Shown here one piece after another: positions 63,929 through 64,000 of a DNA stretch of 64,000 bases. Source of the stretch: a virus. The stretch spans positions 32,001 through 96,000 of IMG/VR virus record IMGVR_UViG_3300025436_000002; one strand, written 5' to 3'. The notes under the pieces are model-generated. The model saw only the letters and a program-made list of their open reading frames with translations, was not told the origin of the DNA and did not search any database. The translations under genes were made by a program, and so were the position numbers. The number at the start of each line of letters is the position of its first letter. The first letter of the stretch is position 1.

Positions 63929-64000
63929 GAACAAGAGTAGCTGAAAGAGTAGCCTTGGTTATATGCCCAGGAGAGTCTAGGTTTATAGAAGGTGTTTACA
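63925..64000 (+). CDS. 5' end of next coupled ORF (partial, runs off the window end)
   Basis: ATGA overlap and GAGGAG RBS; MRTRVAERVALVICPGESRFIEGVY... Confidence 0.7.
   Translation, partial: MRTRVAERVALVICPGESRFIEGVY

Noticed and set aside
1-64000. Genome-wide stop-codon reassignment suggested by the UUA tRNA-like RNA
   Set aside because: Long conserved genes are intact in the standard code and TAA, TAG and TGA all terminate genes at expected positions
1-64000. Assigning a host or phage genus
   Set aside because: Low GC, extended -10 promoters and Hef-like endonucleases fit several bacterial groups; needs a database comparison that was not available

Overview
A 64-kb segment of a large, AT-rich contractile-tailed (myovirus-type) bacteriophage genome. 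Every credible gene lies on the + strand. Order: end of a head/accessory region with Hef-like homing endonucleases (1-3.6 kb); neck, tail sheath, tube, tape measure, baseplate and a BNR/Asp-box tail fibre (3.7-26.1 kb), mostly preceded by a TTTATATT late-promoter-like motif; two candidate small RNAs (26.1-26.4 kb); a replication/recombination block (5'-3' exonuclease, dNMP kinase, SF2 helicase, DnaB, primase Zn domain, intein-containing family A polymerase, GroES, two DNA methyltransferases, ligase, SSB, RuvC, RecA, split SbcC, SbcD; 26.4-51 kb); a CobO-like adenosyltransferase, an HslV-like protease and a second fibre locus with a deletion scar (52-55 kb); a cluster of 7 canonical tRNAs plus 4 aberrant tRNA-like RNAs (55.1-56.1 kb); and an early-type region of small ORFs (56-64 kb). 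The most striking unexplained signal is that 13 small, otherwise divergent early proteins all end in the same ~15-residue C-terminal tag (consensus D-x-K-E-I/F-x-K-Y/I-L-M-x-R/E/K-E-L-L-K-stop). The tag varies at synonymous positions and also supplies the ribosome-binding site of the next gene when the genes are coupled. Other notable items: promoter/stem-loop cassettes with covarying stems, a candidate +1 frameshift before the tape measure gene, a ~57-aa module shared by four virion proteins, and a 17-bp complementarity between one small RNA and the insertion in a tRNA-like RNA. All family assignments come from motif recognition by eye; no database searches were run and the host cannot be determined from this window.
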